From Acidobacteriota bacterium (lineage in GTDB: Bacteria; Acidobacteriota; Vicinamibacteria; Vicinamibacterales; 2-12-FULL-66-21), in NCBI GenBank assembly GCA_046732715.1, contig JBKPNQ010000131.1:1692-65691 (forward strand): 64,000 nucleotides of DNA, in the 5' to 3' direction. The position numbers and the translations under genes were made by a program. Below are positions 17,764-26,774 of this stretch, one piece after another; position 1 is the stretch's first letter, and the number at the start of each line of letters is the position of its first letter. The notes under the pieces were generated by a model. The model did not search any database and was not told the DNA's origin. It saw only the letters and a list, made by a program, of their open reading frames with translations.

Positions 17764-20523
17764 CTACTCGCTTCGCAACGCTTCGGTGGGATCGATGCGG
17801 AGGCCACGGCGGACAGGACCGAGCGACGCGAGGACGCCGACGAGCAGCATGAACGCGGCCGCGCCGGGGAGCACGCCGGGAATCGGCAAGCCGCCGACCT
17901 GCTCGATCGGCAAGTACCGACCGAGGAGGTACGCGGCGAGCATCCCCGCGGCGGAGCCGGCACTGATCTGCCAGAAGGCGCGCCTGAACACGGCCGCCAC
18001 TAACTGGCCCGGCTGGGCGCCCAGGGCCGAACGGATACCGATCTCACGCCGGCGTTGCGCGACCGTGAAGGCCATGAGCGCGTACAGGCCGGCGGCCGAG
18101 AGCAGCAGTACGCTGCCGGTGACCGCGCCGATGGTGATGGCGCCAAGGTTGTCGCCGAAGCGTTGATCGCGGTAGATCTCAGCCAACGTGCGGACCTGGT
18201 CGACGTGCAGCGCCGGGTCGACGCTCGCGGCGACATCGCGGAGGCGTTCCGCGAGACCGGCAGCGCCGCCTCTCAAGCGAAGTTGCAGGTTCGCGGGATG
18301 GATCTGACCCAGGACGACCGGATGGTACGCCACCCGTGCTTCGGTCGTCACCGGCAGATTACCAACGACGCCGACGATTTCGTACCAGCGGTCCGCTTCC
18401 GGGCCGTCTAGCCATTCGCCGTCCATCGCACGGACGTATCGGAAACGGTGTCCGAGCGCGGTGCCGCCGGGGGCGATGGTGTCGGCGAAGTTGCGATTGA
18501 CAATGACCGCACCGGGCTCCGACGCGACGTCGCCTGCGGCGAATCCCCGACCGATAACGGTCGGGACCTGATACATCTCGAAAAAGGAGGCATCGACCTG
18601 GTTGAACCGCGCGGGGAAACCCGGCAGCCGGCCGTTGAGGACCTCGGTCGGCACGTCGCGGCCCTCCATGTCGACGAACACCCAGGGCTCCTCGCCGGGC
18701 GGCCGCAAGGCGGTGGCCACGCCGAGGATGCCCGGTTCGGCCAGCAGCCGTCGCGTGAGCTCGCGCTGGCGATTGCCAAAGAGCACGGCGCGTTGTCGCC
18801 GCGCGCCTTCCGGCTCGCTGGCCATCTGCCGTGGCGTCTCTCGAGCATCGAGCACGAACCGATCCTCTTCCATTGCGACGCGTGCGGTCGCAAACTCCTC
18901 GGCGGCGAAGCCCGGGCCGATGGCGCTGGTTCGCAGCGTGCCCCAGGCGACCTCGGCCGCCAACGGCAGCACGCCGACCGAGAAGGCGACCTGCGCGATC
19001 ACCAGCGTGGTCCACGTGGCACCCAGCCGGAGGCTGGTCCGTCCGGCGAGCGCGCCGGCGCCAAGCCGCGACAGGCGCCCGGTGGCCTGGAGCGCCGGCA
19101 CGAGGCCGGACATGGCGGCTCCAGCCACGGCCAGTACGGCGACGAAGAGAAGGGTGCGGTACGAAACATGGAACGTCATCCAGAACGGCGGGCCCCCGGG
19201 GATCTGCTGCAGGCGCTCGGACACCACGACCGATACGAGACGCAGGATCAGCAAGGCGACACCGGCGGCCGCGGCCGTCAGCACGAGCGACTCGATGAAG
19301 AGCTGCCAGACGATCCGCGCGCGGCTGCCGCCGAGGGCGTAGCGGGCGGCGAACTCCTGCTGCCGCGTGACGGTGCGCGCGTAGTTCAGGACCGCGATGT
19401 TCGCGCCGGGCGGCAGCAGCAGCAATACGAGTGCGAGGCTGGACACCGACCAGAGCAGGCCCAACTCGCTGCGTTCGAAGTCTCCCGTGAATGCAAAGGT
19501 GTACGGAACCACGCGGGCTCCGGTCCCTCCTTCGCGCTGCGCGCTACGCAGGGCAGGCGCCAGGATCCCGAGCGCCGACACCTCCGCGTGCGCGCGCGCG
19601 ACCGTCGCGTCCGGCGCGAGCCGGCCGAAGACGGCACCTTCGGGACCGGTGGTACGCAGCGTCTCGTCGGCCCCGGGCTGCAAGGGAACCCAGTACCGGA
19701 AGTTGAATGGGAACTGGAAGCCGTCCGGCATGACGCCGACGACGGTGTGCACGGTCTCGCCGAGCCGCAGCTCGCGGCCGATGACGTCTCGCGCGCCGGC
19801 GAAGCGCCGCTGCCAGACGTCGTGGCCGATGACGATGACGGGGGCGGCGCCGGGCGCCAGGTCGGCGTCGACGATGCCCCGGCCAATCAGCGGCGGCACC
19901 CTCGCAACCCGGAAGCCGGCGGCCGAGATCTCGGCGACCGCCGCGAGTTCGACCGATCCGTCGGCCGTGATCACGTTGCGCCGGATCGTCTGGAAGGCGC
20001 CGACATCATCGACCGAGTGCAGGCTGCGGCGCCAACGCTCGACGTCCTGCCACGGCGTGTCACGCCGCCGACCGGCCTCGCGGTCCCAGATCTGGATGGC
20101 GACGATCCGGTCGCCCTCTTCGAGTGGAAGCCGACTCGACATGAGGACGTCGAACGCGGTGAACACGACCGCCGCGATGGCGATTGCCACGGACATCGCC
20201 AGCCCGCCGACCAGCGTCAGCCCCCAGTTGCGGACAAGCAGGCGGAGGCCCAGCTTGAGATCGAGCCACGACGAGCCGAGCCAGGGCAGGCCGCGCTGGT
20301 CGCGCAGCGCTTCGAGCGCCTGGATGCGGCTGCCGGCGGCAGCCCGGGCGAGTCGCGCAGCGTCGGTCGGCGCGTACCCCTGCCGACGGAGCTCGTCTTC
20401 AGCGAGGACGAGGTGTCCGGCAAGCTCGCGCTGCAGGTCATGGTCGGGTCGACGGCCACTGAGCGCGCCCCATACCCGGCGTGTCCACTCCCGAAGCGAG
20501 GAGCACACTTCCTGGAGCGTCAT
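17764..20523 (-). CDS. ADOP-type duplicated FtsX/MacB-like permease (second intact copy)
   Basis: Start ATG 20523 overlaps the PadR stop (ATGA). N-terminus MTLQEVCSSLREWTRRVWGALSGRRPDHDLQRELAGHLVLAEDELRRQGYAPTDAARLA. C-terminus ..FTVAQRRREIGIRSALGA...GPVRRGLRIDPTEALRSE. The 45 codons further upstream in the ORF overlap the PadR gene. Confidence 0.95.
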   Translation of the reverse strand: MTLQEVCSSLREWTRRVWGALSGRRPDHDLQRELAGHLVLAEDELRRQGYAPTDAARLARAAAGSRIQALEALRDQRGLPWLGSSWLDLKLGLRLLVRNWGLTLVGGLAMSVAIAIAAVVFTAFDVLMSSRLPLEEGDRIVAIQIWDREAGRRRDTPWQDVERWRRSLHSVDDVGAFQTIRRNVITADGSVELAAVAEISAAGFRVARVPPLIGRGIVDADLAPGAAPVIVIGHDVWQRRFAGARDVIGRELRLGETVHTVVGVMPDGFQFPFNFRYWVPLQPGADETLRTTGPEGAVFGRLAPDATVARAHAEVSALGILAPALRSAQREGGTGARVVPYTFAFTGDFERSELGLLWSVSSLALVLLLLPPGANIAVLNYARTVTRQQEFAARYALGGSRARIVWQLFIESLVLTAAAAGVALLILRLVSVVVSERLQQIPGGPPFWMTFHVSYRTLLFVAVLAVAGAAMSGLVPALQATGRLSRLGAGALAGRTSLRLGATWTTLVIAQVAFSVGVLPLAAEVAWGTLRTSAIGPGFAAEEFATARVAMEEDRFVLDARETPRQMASEPEGARRQRAVLFGNRQRELTRRLLAEPGILGVATALRPPGEEPWVFVDMEGRDVPTEVLNGRLPGFPARFNQVDASFFEMYQVPTVIGRGFAAGDVASEPGAVIVNRNFADTIAPGGTALGHRFRYVRAMDGEWLDGPEADRWYEIVGVVGNLPVTTEARVAYHPVVLGQIHPANLQLRLRGGAAGLAERLRDVAASVDPALHVDQVRTLAEIYRDQRFGDNLGAITIGAVTGSVLLLSAAGLYALMAFTVAQRRREIGIRSALGAQPGQLVAAVFRRAFWQISAGSAAGMLAAYLLGRYLPIEQVGGLPIPGVLPGAAAFMLLVGVLASLGPVRRGLRIDPTEALRSE

Positions 20524-20867
20524 GCCGGATCCTCGAAGAGGGTGTGCATGACGGACACCATCTGATCCCACGCCTTCTTCTCGGCGGCCAGCCGCCGGCG
20601 TCCGGCGGCGGTGATGACGTAGAAGCGCGCTTGGCGGTTGTTGTCGGTGACACCCCACTCGGCTTTGACCAGGCCCTGCTGCTCCAGGCGCATCAGGCCC
20701 GGGTACAGCGTGCCCATGTTCAGGGTGAGCGCGCCGGACGAGACCTGCTCGAGCCGGGCGCCGATGGCGTAGCCGTGCTGCGGCCCGAGCGAGGCGAGCG
20801 TCTGCAACACCATCAAGTCGAGCGTGCCACGCAGGATTTCCGCCTTGGAGGGTTCTTTATTAGACAT
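20520..20867 (-). CDS. PadR-family transcriptional regulator
   Basis: MSNKEPSKAEILRGTLDLMVLQTLASLGPQHGYAIGARLEQVSSGALTLNMGTLYPGLMRLEQQGLVKAEWGVTDNNRQARFYVITAAGRRRL. An alternative ATG exists at 20894. I prefer 20867 because its promoter geometry matches the other PadR gene. Confidence 0.9.
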   Translation of the reverse strand: MSNKEPSKAEILRGTLDLMVLQTLASLGPQHGYAIGARLEQVSSGALTLNMGTLYPGLMRLEQQGLVKAEWGVTDNNRQARFYVITAAGRRRLAAEKKAWDQMVSVMHTLFEDPA

Positions 20868-20905
20868 CCCAATGGACCATAACCCGCGTTCCATTCGGAA
20901 GTCAA
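20868..20905 (-). promoter_or_regulatory. Putative PadR operator/promoter: TTGACT-N18-TATGGT-N8-ATG with a 9-bp inverted repeat
   Basis: The gene-sense strand reads cattTGACTtCCGAATGGAacgcgggtTATGGTCCATTGGGATG. Half-sites CCGAATGGA and TCCATTGGG match at 8 of 9 complementary positions and are 13 nt apart. The -35-like element lies at 20900-20905 and the -10-like at 20876-20881. Only 8 nt separate the -10 from the ATG. Confidence 0.4.
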
Positions 20906-20915
20906 ATGAAGACGA

Positions 20916-21389
20916 CTAGTCGCTAGCGGCGTCCTTGCGGATGTCGTTCCACCGCTCTCGTCGCTCGGCCTCCGTCGTGTCCTGGATGCGGCTCGCCAAA
21001 GTCCAGACATGCCCTGATGGATCCATGACTCGCGCGGTTCGGTCTCCCCAGAATTGGTTTTGCGCCGGCACTAGCACGCTGCCGCCAATCGCGGCAGCTT
21101 CCTCTACCGCGCGGTCGACATCTTCGACGTAGACCAAGACGACGATCGGCGACGTTCCGTCCAGTTGTGGGGCGCGGCTGGCGAGCTGCGGGAATTCGGC
21201 CTGCAGAATAATGCGAGCCTCTCCGAGGCCGAGCGCTGCATGCACCGTGCGGCCATCGGGACCCGGCCGGCGAACGACCACATCGGCAGCGAGCACGCGC
21301 TGACAAAACTCGACCTCGTGTTCGACATCCCGGCAGACGAGCATGGGGATGACGCGCGGCGATGTGTCGGGAATCGATTTGACCGCCAT
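20916..21389 (-). CDS. VOC-family (glyoxalase/bleomycin-resistance/PhnB-like) protein
   Basis: Start ATG 21389 (MAVKSIPDTSPRVIPMLVCRDVEHEVEFCQRVLAA...). C-terminal FWGDRTARVMDPSGHVWTLA is the typical VOC/PhnB ending. The upstream part of the 268-aa ORF is not coding-like. Confidence 0.85.
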   Translation of the reverse strand: MAVKSIPDTSPRVIPMLVCRDVEHEVEFCQRVLAADVVVRRPGPDGRTVHAALGLGEARIILQAEFPQLASRAPQLDGTSPIVVLVYVEDVDRAVEEAAAIGGSVLVPAQNQFWGDRTARVMDPSGHVWTLASRIQDTTEAERRERWNDIRKDAASD

Positions 21390-21492
21390 GTTGTCCTGTC
21401 CCTCGCGCAGCCGGTTCAGTCTACTCTGACACGATCGATGCGGGTTGGCTGCGTGTGTTTCCATGCAGATCATCGCAAATTCTTTACCGCTG

Positions 21493-22044
21493 TCAGAACC
21501 GAATCGTAGCGAGGGCTCCGGCCTGTCGGCCGCCGAGTAGCGGCGACACGTGGATGCGGACCGCGGTTCGCGTTCCAGCGAACTGAAAGACCGTCTTCTT
21601 GATGGCGGCATCGATAAGCCCGCCTGCAGCCGTGCCGACAGCAATCGACGGCACGCCGATGGCCAAAAACACGATCGCTGCGCACTCGTCGTCGGGGAGA
21701 TCACAGAAGACATGGGGCGCAAACCACGCCGCGCCGATACCGGCGCCCAATCCGAGCAACAGCCCGTCTAACACAGAATCTGCGCGCTGAACCCGGTTCA
21801 CCTCCGCTTCGGACATCTGGATCTTTTGAGATCCCTGCATCAGGACAAGGCTGCCCGGACGGAGCTCGACGAGCTTGCCCTTGACACGGTCGCCCCACGC
21901 GTCGGTCACGCGCACGGTCTGGTTCGGCGAAATGGCGCCCTCTGCTATCAGCTGCTCGAACGACGCCGCCGGCGTCTGCGACAGAGCGGGCGCGGAAATC
22001 ATCAGAAGAAGGACGCCTGCGCCGATCAAGTGCCGTATCGTCAT
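21493..22044 (-). CDS. Exported hypothetical protein with Gly-zipper-like C-terminal hydrophobic region
   Basis: Start ATG 22044. Signal peptide MTIRHLIGAGVLLLMISAPALSQ. C-terminal LDGLLLGLGAGIGAAW...FLAIGVPSIAVGTAAGGLIDA. Confidence 0.65.
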   Translation of the reverse strand: MTIRHLIGAGVLLLMISAPALSQTPAASFEQLIAEGAISPNQTVRVTDAWGDRVKGKLVELRPGSLVLMQGSQKIQMSEAEVNRVQRADSVLDGLLLGLGAGIGAAWFAPHVFCDLPDDECAAIVFLAIGVPSIAVGTAAGGLIDAAIKKTVFQFAGTRTAVRIHVSPLLGGRQAGALATIRF

Positions 22045-22362
22045 CACTGCCTCCCTTCGCTTCCACTCAGGAATGCGCGAAGCGGCCACGGTCCGGCTCA
22101 CGGCAGGATCTCCGAGGTTCCCAAGCCGACAGGTCATGAACGTTCTTGAGACCTGGCCGTCACTCGAGAGACCACAGCTGCCATCAACATCATCAACAAC
22201 CCTTTTCGCGATCCCCTCAGTCTGAGCGCCGAGCAGTTTTCCGCCGGTTTCGATCCCTACGCCGTCGCGGCGGCCAACTCGCGGATACGGCCCGACCCAC
22301 AGTGGTCTTGCCTGGAAGTAGCAGCCTCCGCGCGTGACCACGTTTCAGATGCACGTCACGTT

Positions 22363-22890
22363 TTAGCGCGGGAGCGGTTGCTTTGCGGGCACACCTGGTT
22401 CCGTGCCCCCCATCGCGCGGAAGGCTTTCCAGGTGCCGTCCGGGAGCTTCTTCCACACTCCCAGCACGGTGCCGCGAACCTGTTTCACCTCAGCACCCGG
22501 CGACTCGACATACGACGCACTGTAGGTTCGCCACTCGACGGCCCAGCCACCATCCAGAAAAGCGAAGTCCTTGACTTCCGGAACATAGCTCAGCACCTTG
22601 AACTGCTTGTTGGCCGTCTGGCGTTCGTTGGTCGCGCGGATAGCCGGCTTCCCCACGTCCGCCGGCGCGCCTACGCCAATACGAATGGCGTCATCGGTCC
22701 AATACTCCGTCAGCGCCGCAGGATCTCGCGCAATCGTGGCGGTAATGTCCTGCTGGCGGAGCTGCTCGATCGCGGCCAGGTCCGCAGCTCGCTCCTTTTG
22801 GGTGCCAGCCGGCGCGGCCGGTCGCTGCGACACTTGCGCTGCCAACGCGGTCAACGCGCAGACAACGACAGCCACTGAATGCACTCTCAT
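22363..22890 (-). CDS. Exported SnoaL-like/DUF4440-like (NTF2-fold) protein
   Basis: Start ATG 22890. Signal peptide MRVHSVAVVVCALTALAAQV. DLAAIEQLRQQDITATIARDPAALTEYWTDDAIRI... and ..GTVLGVWKKLPDGTWKAFRAM are typical of this fold family. Confidence 0.75.
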   Translation of the reverse strand: MRVHSVAVVVCALTALAAQVSQRPAAPAGTQKERAADLAAIEQLRQQDITATIARDPAALTEYWTDDAIRIGVGAPADVGKPAIRATNERQTANKQFKVLSYVPEVKDFAFLDGGWAVEWRTYSASYVESPGAEVKQVRGTVLGVWKKLPDGTWKAFRAMGGTEPGVPAKQPLPR

Positions 22891-23057
22891 GCGCCCCTCC
22901 AGTCCAACCCTGCCCGTTTCAGGTGAAAGAACAATCCTCGCCGCTTCGTCAATCTCCTTCGCCACCCGCCCGGGGAAGTCTACGCGATGGCACACAATCC
23001 ACGGTGTGATTCCGAGCATAATGACCTTGGGCGCGAGAGGGTGACGTGATTGCATTC

Positions 23058-25331
23058 ATGAGGAAACATGCTCTCGCAATGACATTGGCTGCCGGCCTCA
23101 GCCAAGCGGTTGGACTGGCGCAATCACCCCAGCCCGACACCGCGTCGAGTCTTTCCACAAATCCTGCCCACGTACGTGAATTGGCAGACTGGCTGGTGGC
23201 CAAGAACCCGAAGGTGCGCGAAACCGCCGAGGCCGCGCTGGTGCAAGGGGCGCGGCGTTCGTTCCCTTTGCTGAGACGATTCCTCACGCCTGAGCACAAC
23301 AACCTGCATGGGGTGACTTTTCAAATCATCCAGCGCATCGGCCCTCCGGCGATTCCGCTGCTGGTGGAGTTGCTGCGGCATGACTCGGAGTCCATCCGGC
23401 GCAGCGCCGTCGACGAGCTGATCGACCTGGCGCCCCACACAGAATGGATTCAGCCGGCGTTGAGGCGGGCGCTCCGAGACCAGGATTCGACCGTCGCCGG
23501 CGATGCGGCACGCGCGCTGGGCGCGTTGGGCAAGAGGGCCACTCCTTCGGTCGCCGCTCTCGTCAGGACTCTTTCGCACGAAGATCCATACGTCCGCGTC
23601 TACGCGGCGGAGGCGTTGGCATCCATCGGTCCGACCGCGGCGACTGCGACAAGCGCCTTGGCAGAGGCGTTAGGCGATCCTGTTCCCGGCGTTCGGTGGG
23701 CGGCGTGCGAGGCGCTCGGAAGCATCGGCGCGGCGGCTCAATCTGCAGTGCCGCGTCTGATCGACGCGCTGGAAGATGAATTTCTCTATGTGCGTATCTT
23801 TGCCGCCGGCGCGCTGGGAAGCATCGGACCGAAGGCACAATCGGCACGAGAGGCGCTGACGGCGGCCGCAGATGATCCCGCGTTGCGTGATGAAGTCGAG
23901 TGGGCGTTGAGTCGAATCAACGGAGCCAAATCTGGGGAGCCTGTCGCGTCACAGGTTGCGCCCGCGGCTTCCGTCGCTCCCCCGCTCGAGACGACCACGG
24001 TTCGAACGGGCAATCCTCCGGTTGACTGGGATACGACCACCGGCCGGAACATCGTCTGGAGTGTGGAATTGGGAAACGAAACGTATGGTCGTCCCGTGGT
24101 TGCTGGCGAGGCGGTCTATGTCGGGACCGACAATGCGAGGCACATGAACCCCGACTATCAGGAAGACGCCGCCGTGCTCGTGGCACTTCAACCGAAGAAT
24201 GGCAAGTTCCTGTGGCAGGACGTGGCCCCGCGAGTCGAGCGAGGTCTGCGGGAGTTCCTGTTGCCCTCGACGACAAGTGCGCCGTATGTGGAAGGAAACC
24301 GGTTGTACTACGTCACGGCCGAATGCCAGCTTCGTTGCCTCGACACACAGGGCTTCCGCGATAGCGAGAACAATGGTCCGTATCAGGATGAGCCCTTCCA
24401 GGACACCGCAGCAGCCGACATCGTCTGGGAGTTGGACATGTGTCGCCGCCTGGGTGTCTTTCCGCACGAAGCGACCAATAGCGAGGTCTTGCCCGTCGGT
24501 GATCTGCTGGTGGTCTCTACCTCCAACGGACAGAATGAAGGCCACACGCGCGTGCCATCGCCGCGCGCCCCAAGTCTGATTGCGGTGGACAAACATTCGG
24601 GCGAAGTGGTCTGGCGCGCCATCGGCGCGGGCGCGCAGGTGTTGCACGGCCAGTGGTCGAGCCCCGTGGCGGCCAACGTCAACGGGCGCACACAGGTCCT
24701 CTTTGGCGGAGGAGATGGCTGGCTGCGCTCCTACGACGCGGCGTCGGGGCACGAAATCTGGCGATTTGACGGCAATCCGAAGCACGCCCGTTGGCTGCCG
24801 CGACCCGGAGTCCTGTCGCGCAGTTCCATCATTGCTTCACCGGTCTTCGCCGACGGTCGCGTCGTCATTGCGATGGGAATGAGTCCTGAGCACGGCAATG
24901 GACCGTCGTTGATTTACGCGATCAGTCCGAACGGCCAGGGAGATGTCACCGAGAGCAGGCTCCTCTGGACTTCTCGGGACGTCGGCCGCGTGGTGGGAAC
25001 GCCGATTGCGAAGGACGGTCTTCTGTACGTCGGCGACCTTGGCGGAACGATTCATTGTCTGGACGCGGCGACCGGCGCCCAGGTGTGGAAACACGAGACG
25101 AACGAGGCGATTTGGGGAAGCCTCCTGATGGCCGGGGACCGGCTTTACGTTGGGACCGTTGACGGCAGCATGATCGTTCTTCGTGGCGGACGGAAAAAGC
25201 AATTGCTGGGACAGATCCAGATGGATGCGCCGATCTACACGCCTCCGGCCCTGATCGGCGATGCGCTGTACCTGGCCACGGCGATCCGGTTGTATCTCAT
25301 CGCGGCAACGCCAGGATCCCAGACTCGTTGA
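23058..25331 (+). CDS. Exported HEAT-repeat + PQQ-like (BamB-like) beta-propeller protein
   Basis: Signal peptide MRKHALAMTLAAGLSQAVGLAQS (alternative GTG at 23046). The N-terminal ~280 aa carry repeated HEAT/PBS-lyase motifs (D..VR..AA.ALG.IG). The C-terminal part has repeated propeller blades (..SGEVVWRA.., ..ASGHEIWRFDG.., ..ATGAQVWKHET..). Confidence 0.9.
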   Translation: MRKHALAMTLAAGLSQAVGLAQSPQPDTASSLSTNPAHVRELADWLVAKNPKVRETAEAALVQGARRSFPLLRRFLTPEHNNLHGVTFQIIQRIGPPAIPLLVELLRHDSESIRRSAVDELIDLAPHTEWIQPALRRALRDQDSTVAGDAARALGALGKRATPSVAALVRTLSHEDPYVRVYAAEALASIGPTAATATSALAEALGDPVPGVRWAACEALGSIGAAAQSAVPRLIDALEDEFLYVRIFAAGALGSIGPKAQSAREALTAAADDPALRDEVEWALSRINGAKSGEPVASQVAPAASVAPPLETTTVRTGNPPVDWDTTTGRNIVWSVELGNETYGRPVVAGEAVYVGTDNARHMNPDYQEDAAVLVALQPKNGKFLWQDVAPRVERGLREFLLPSTTSAPYVEGNRLYYVTAECQLRCLDTQGFRDSENNGPYQDEPFQDTAAADIVWELDMCRRLGVFPHEATNSEVLPVGDLLVVSTSNGQNEGHTRVPSPRAPSLIAVDKHSGEVVWRAIGAGAQVLHGQWSSPVAANVNGRTQVLFGGGDGWLRSYDAASGHEIWRFDGNPKHARWLPRPGVLSRSSIIASPVFADGRVVIAMGMSPEHGNGPSLIYAISPNGQGDVTESRLLWTSRDVGRVVGTPIAKDGLLYVGDLGGTIHCLDAATGAQVWKHETNEAIWGSLLMAGDRLYVGTVDGSMIVLRGGRKKQLLGQIQMDAPIYTPPALIGDALYLATAIRLYLIAATPGSQTR

Positions 25332-25358
25332 GGGTAGTGACTCATCCTGACAGTACTA

Positions 25359-25465
25359 AATGCTGAATTCTGATTGCTGATTGCTGATTGCTGATTGAAA
25401 ACGACATCGGACGCGAACGCGTTCGGGCACTTCAGCATTCAAAAATCAGCACTCAGAATTTCAGC
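25359..25465. repeat. AT-rich palindromic intergenic element, copy 1 (includes four tandem CTGATTG heptamers)
   Basis: The left arm aatgctgaattctgattgctgattgctgattgctgattg pairs imperfectly with the right arm ttcagcattcaaaaatcagcactcagaatttcagc. The central loop holds the small palindrome cgaacgcgttcg. GC is far below the flanks. It lies between convergent genes. Confidence 0.8.
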
Positions 25466-25492
25466 GAACACGGTTTTTAAACCAGTTCTCGT

Positions 25493-26182
25493 CTAGTGTT
25501 GAAATCGTGCCTGAAACGCACGCAGGCGTTCGACCGTCAGGCCCGGGCGGCGAACGAACTCGAGCACATCTCGCTCGGCGCGGCGGATGCGCTCCGCCGC
25601 ATCGGCGACCTGTGCGGCAATCTCTGCCGGAATCGTCAGGAGTCCATTGACGTCTCCATGCAGGAGATCGCCGGCGTTCACGCTGAGCCCTGCGACCGCG
25701 ACCGGCACGTTGACCTCGCAAATCAGCGGGTAGCCGTGTGACACGACGAAGCCGGGACAGAAATACTGAAACCCACCGAGCGCCCTGACCTCCGCAACAT
25801 CGCGCAGACCACCGTCAGAGACGCAGCCGACCGCTCCCAATGCTTTTGCTGTCGTTGCCATCACCTCACCCATGTGGCACGAGCGGCTGCGATCGCTCCC
25901 GATGTCCTTGATGACAATCAGCGCAGGCTTTGGCGCTGCTTCGAGCGCCTCCCACAATCGCATCAGACCGCGGTCGCCTCCCCTTGGCGCCGTCGTCGTG
26001 TCTCCCGTGCACGTGACCGCATAGCCGATCGTGGTGCCGATATCGGGAAAGGCACAGCGCAACTCCCAGCCGGCATAGCCTTCGATCGGCGAACGTACGC
26101 TGAATTGTTCGATCGCATTCGAAACCGTGGGACTGTCGATGAGGCGCAGGACTTCGAGCTGTTCAGCGGTCAGACTGGACAT
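25493..26182 (-). CDS. RraA-family protein (RNase E regulator / 4-hydroxy-4-methyl-2-oxoglutarate aldolase-like)
   Basis: ATG 26182 is preceded by GGAGGTACC. PTVSNAIE, ALIVIKD, GEVMATTAKALGAVGCVSDGGLRD and AGDLLHGDVNGLLTIP follow the RraA/demethylmenaquinone-methyltransferase-like fold pattern. Confidence 0.85.
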   Translation of the reverse strand: MSSLTAEQLEVLRLIDSPTVSNAIEQFSVRSPIEGYAGWELRCAFPDIGTTIGYAVTCTGDTTTAPRGGDRGLMRLWEALEAAPKPALIVIKDIGSDRSRSCHMGEVMATTAKALGAVGCVSDGGLRDVAEVRALGGFQYFCPGFVVSHGYPLICEVNVPVAVAGLSVNAGDLLHGDVNGLLTIPAEIAAQVADAAERIRRAERDVLEFVRRPGLTVERLRAFQARFQH

Positions 26183-26208
26183 GGTACCTCCACGAAGAAT
26201 CAACGTCC

Positions 26209-26316
26209 TTCAGAATTGCTGAATGCTGTTTTCTGTATCCTGAATTGGGCCCAACGCTTCGCATTCGGCTTCTTGTTTTCAATCAGGAATCAGAATTCAG
26301 CAATCAGCATTTTCAG
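26209..26316. repeat. AT-rich palindromic intergenic element, copy 2 (inverted relative to copy 1)
   Basis: Its reverse complement reads aaatgctgattgctgaattctgattcctgattgaaaac...gcgaagcgttgggc...cagcattcagcaattctgaag. This aligns along its length with copy 1 (aaatgctgaattctgattgctgatt...ctgattgaaaac...gcgaacgcgttcgggc...). Confidence 0.8.
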
Positions 26317-26372
26317 CCGTCATCGTCGAAACGCGTGCCGTCTTGTCCGGCAGGACTCATAACCATGATAGG

Positions 26373-26774
26373 ATGCGCCGGCTCATGCGCATTCGAGCGC
26401 GGCACGCTATCGGAGTTGATGCGGTTGCGCTCCTCGGACCGTTGTGGCTGGGTGACATCCCCCTCCTCCGTGCAGCCGACCCGCTGATTCGCTTCCAGGA
26501 ACTGATGGCGGGAGCCAACGGCGACTCTCGGGTCCAGTTCATCACCTTCGTCGTCGATGGAAACCGCGCGAAGCGTTGGGCCGGCGAGGTTCGTAGAGGG
26601 CTCGGCGTGAGGGTCGATGAGAAAGTTCCACGAAGCGTGCATTTTGACTGGGAGCACGACCCGGTCGTTGTCGTGCGCTGGATTGATACCACGAAAGCCT
26701 CGATCAGTTTCTGGGAAGGTGATCGCGGCGATCACGTCGCCCTGATCCGACCGTTATCTGAAACTTCATCATGA
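26373..26774 (+). CDS. Hypothetical small protein (uncertain; competes with antisense ORF 26313..26735)
   Basis: Its stop TGA 26772-26774 overlaps ATG 26771 of the next gene (ATGA), which suggests translational coupling. The protein reads ...PLIRFQELMAGANGDSRVQFITFVVDGN.... Third-position GC does not discriminate between the two strands here. Confidence 0.35.
   Translation: MRRLMRIRARHAIGVDAVALLGPLWLGDIPLLRAADPLIRFQELMAGANGDSRVQFITFVVDGNRAKRWAGEVRRGLGVRVDEKVPRSVHFDWEHDPVVVVRWIDTTKASISFWEGDRGDHVALIRPLSETSS

Noticed and set aside
18448-20565. 705-codon plus-strand ORF (and 19397..20551, 18602..19342) inside the second ADOP permease
   Set aside because: The translations are low-complexity (R/G/P/A-rich), whereas the opposite strand encodes a full-length family member. 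These are typical GC-rich shadow frames.
25370-25397. Four tandem CTGATTG heptamers, checked as a possible CRISPR or iteron array
   Set aside because: The units are far too short with no spacers, so this is not CRISPR. I treated it as part of the arm of the palindromic element. An iteron-like protein-binding role remains possible but unsupported.
26313-26735. 140-codon minus ORF between repeat copy 2 and the PhnB-like gene
   Set aside because: It is not excluded, only deprioritised. Its C-terminal third is charged low-complexity sequence, and it would leave about 35 bp for divergent promoters. The plus ORF is ATGA-coupled to the next gene. Expression data are needed.
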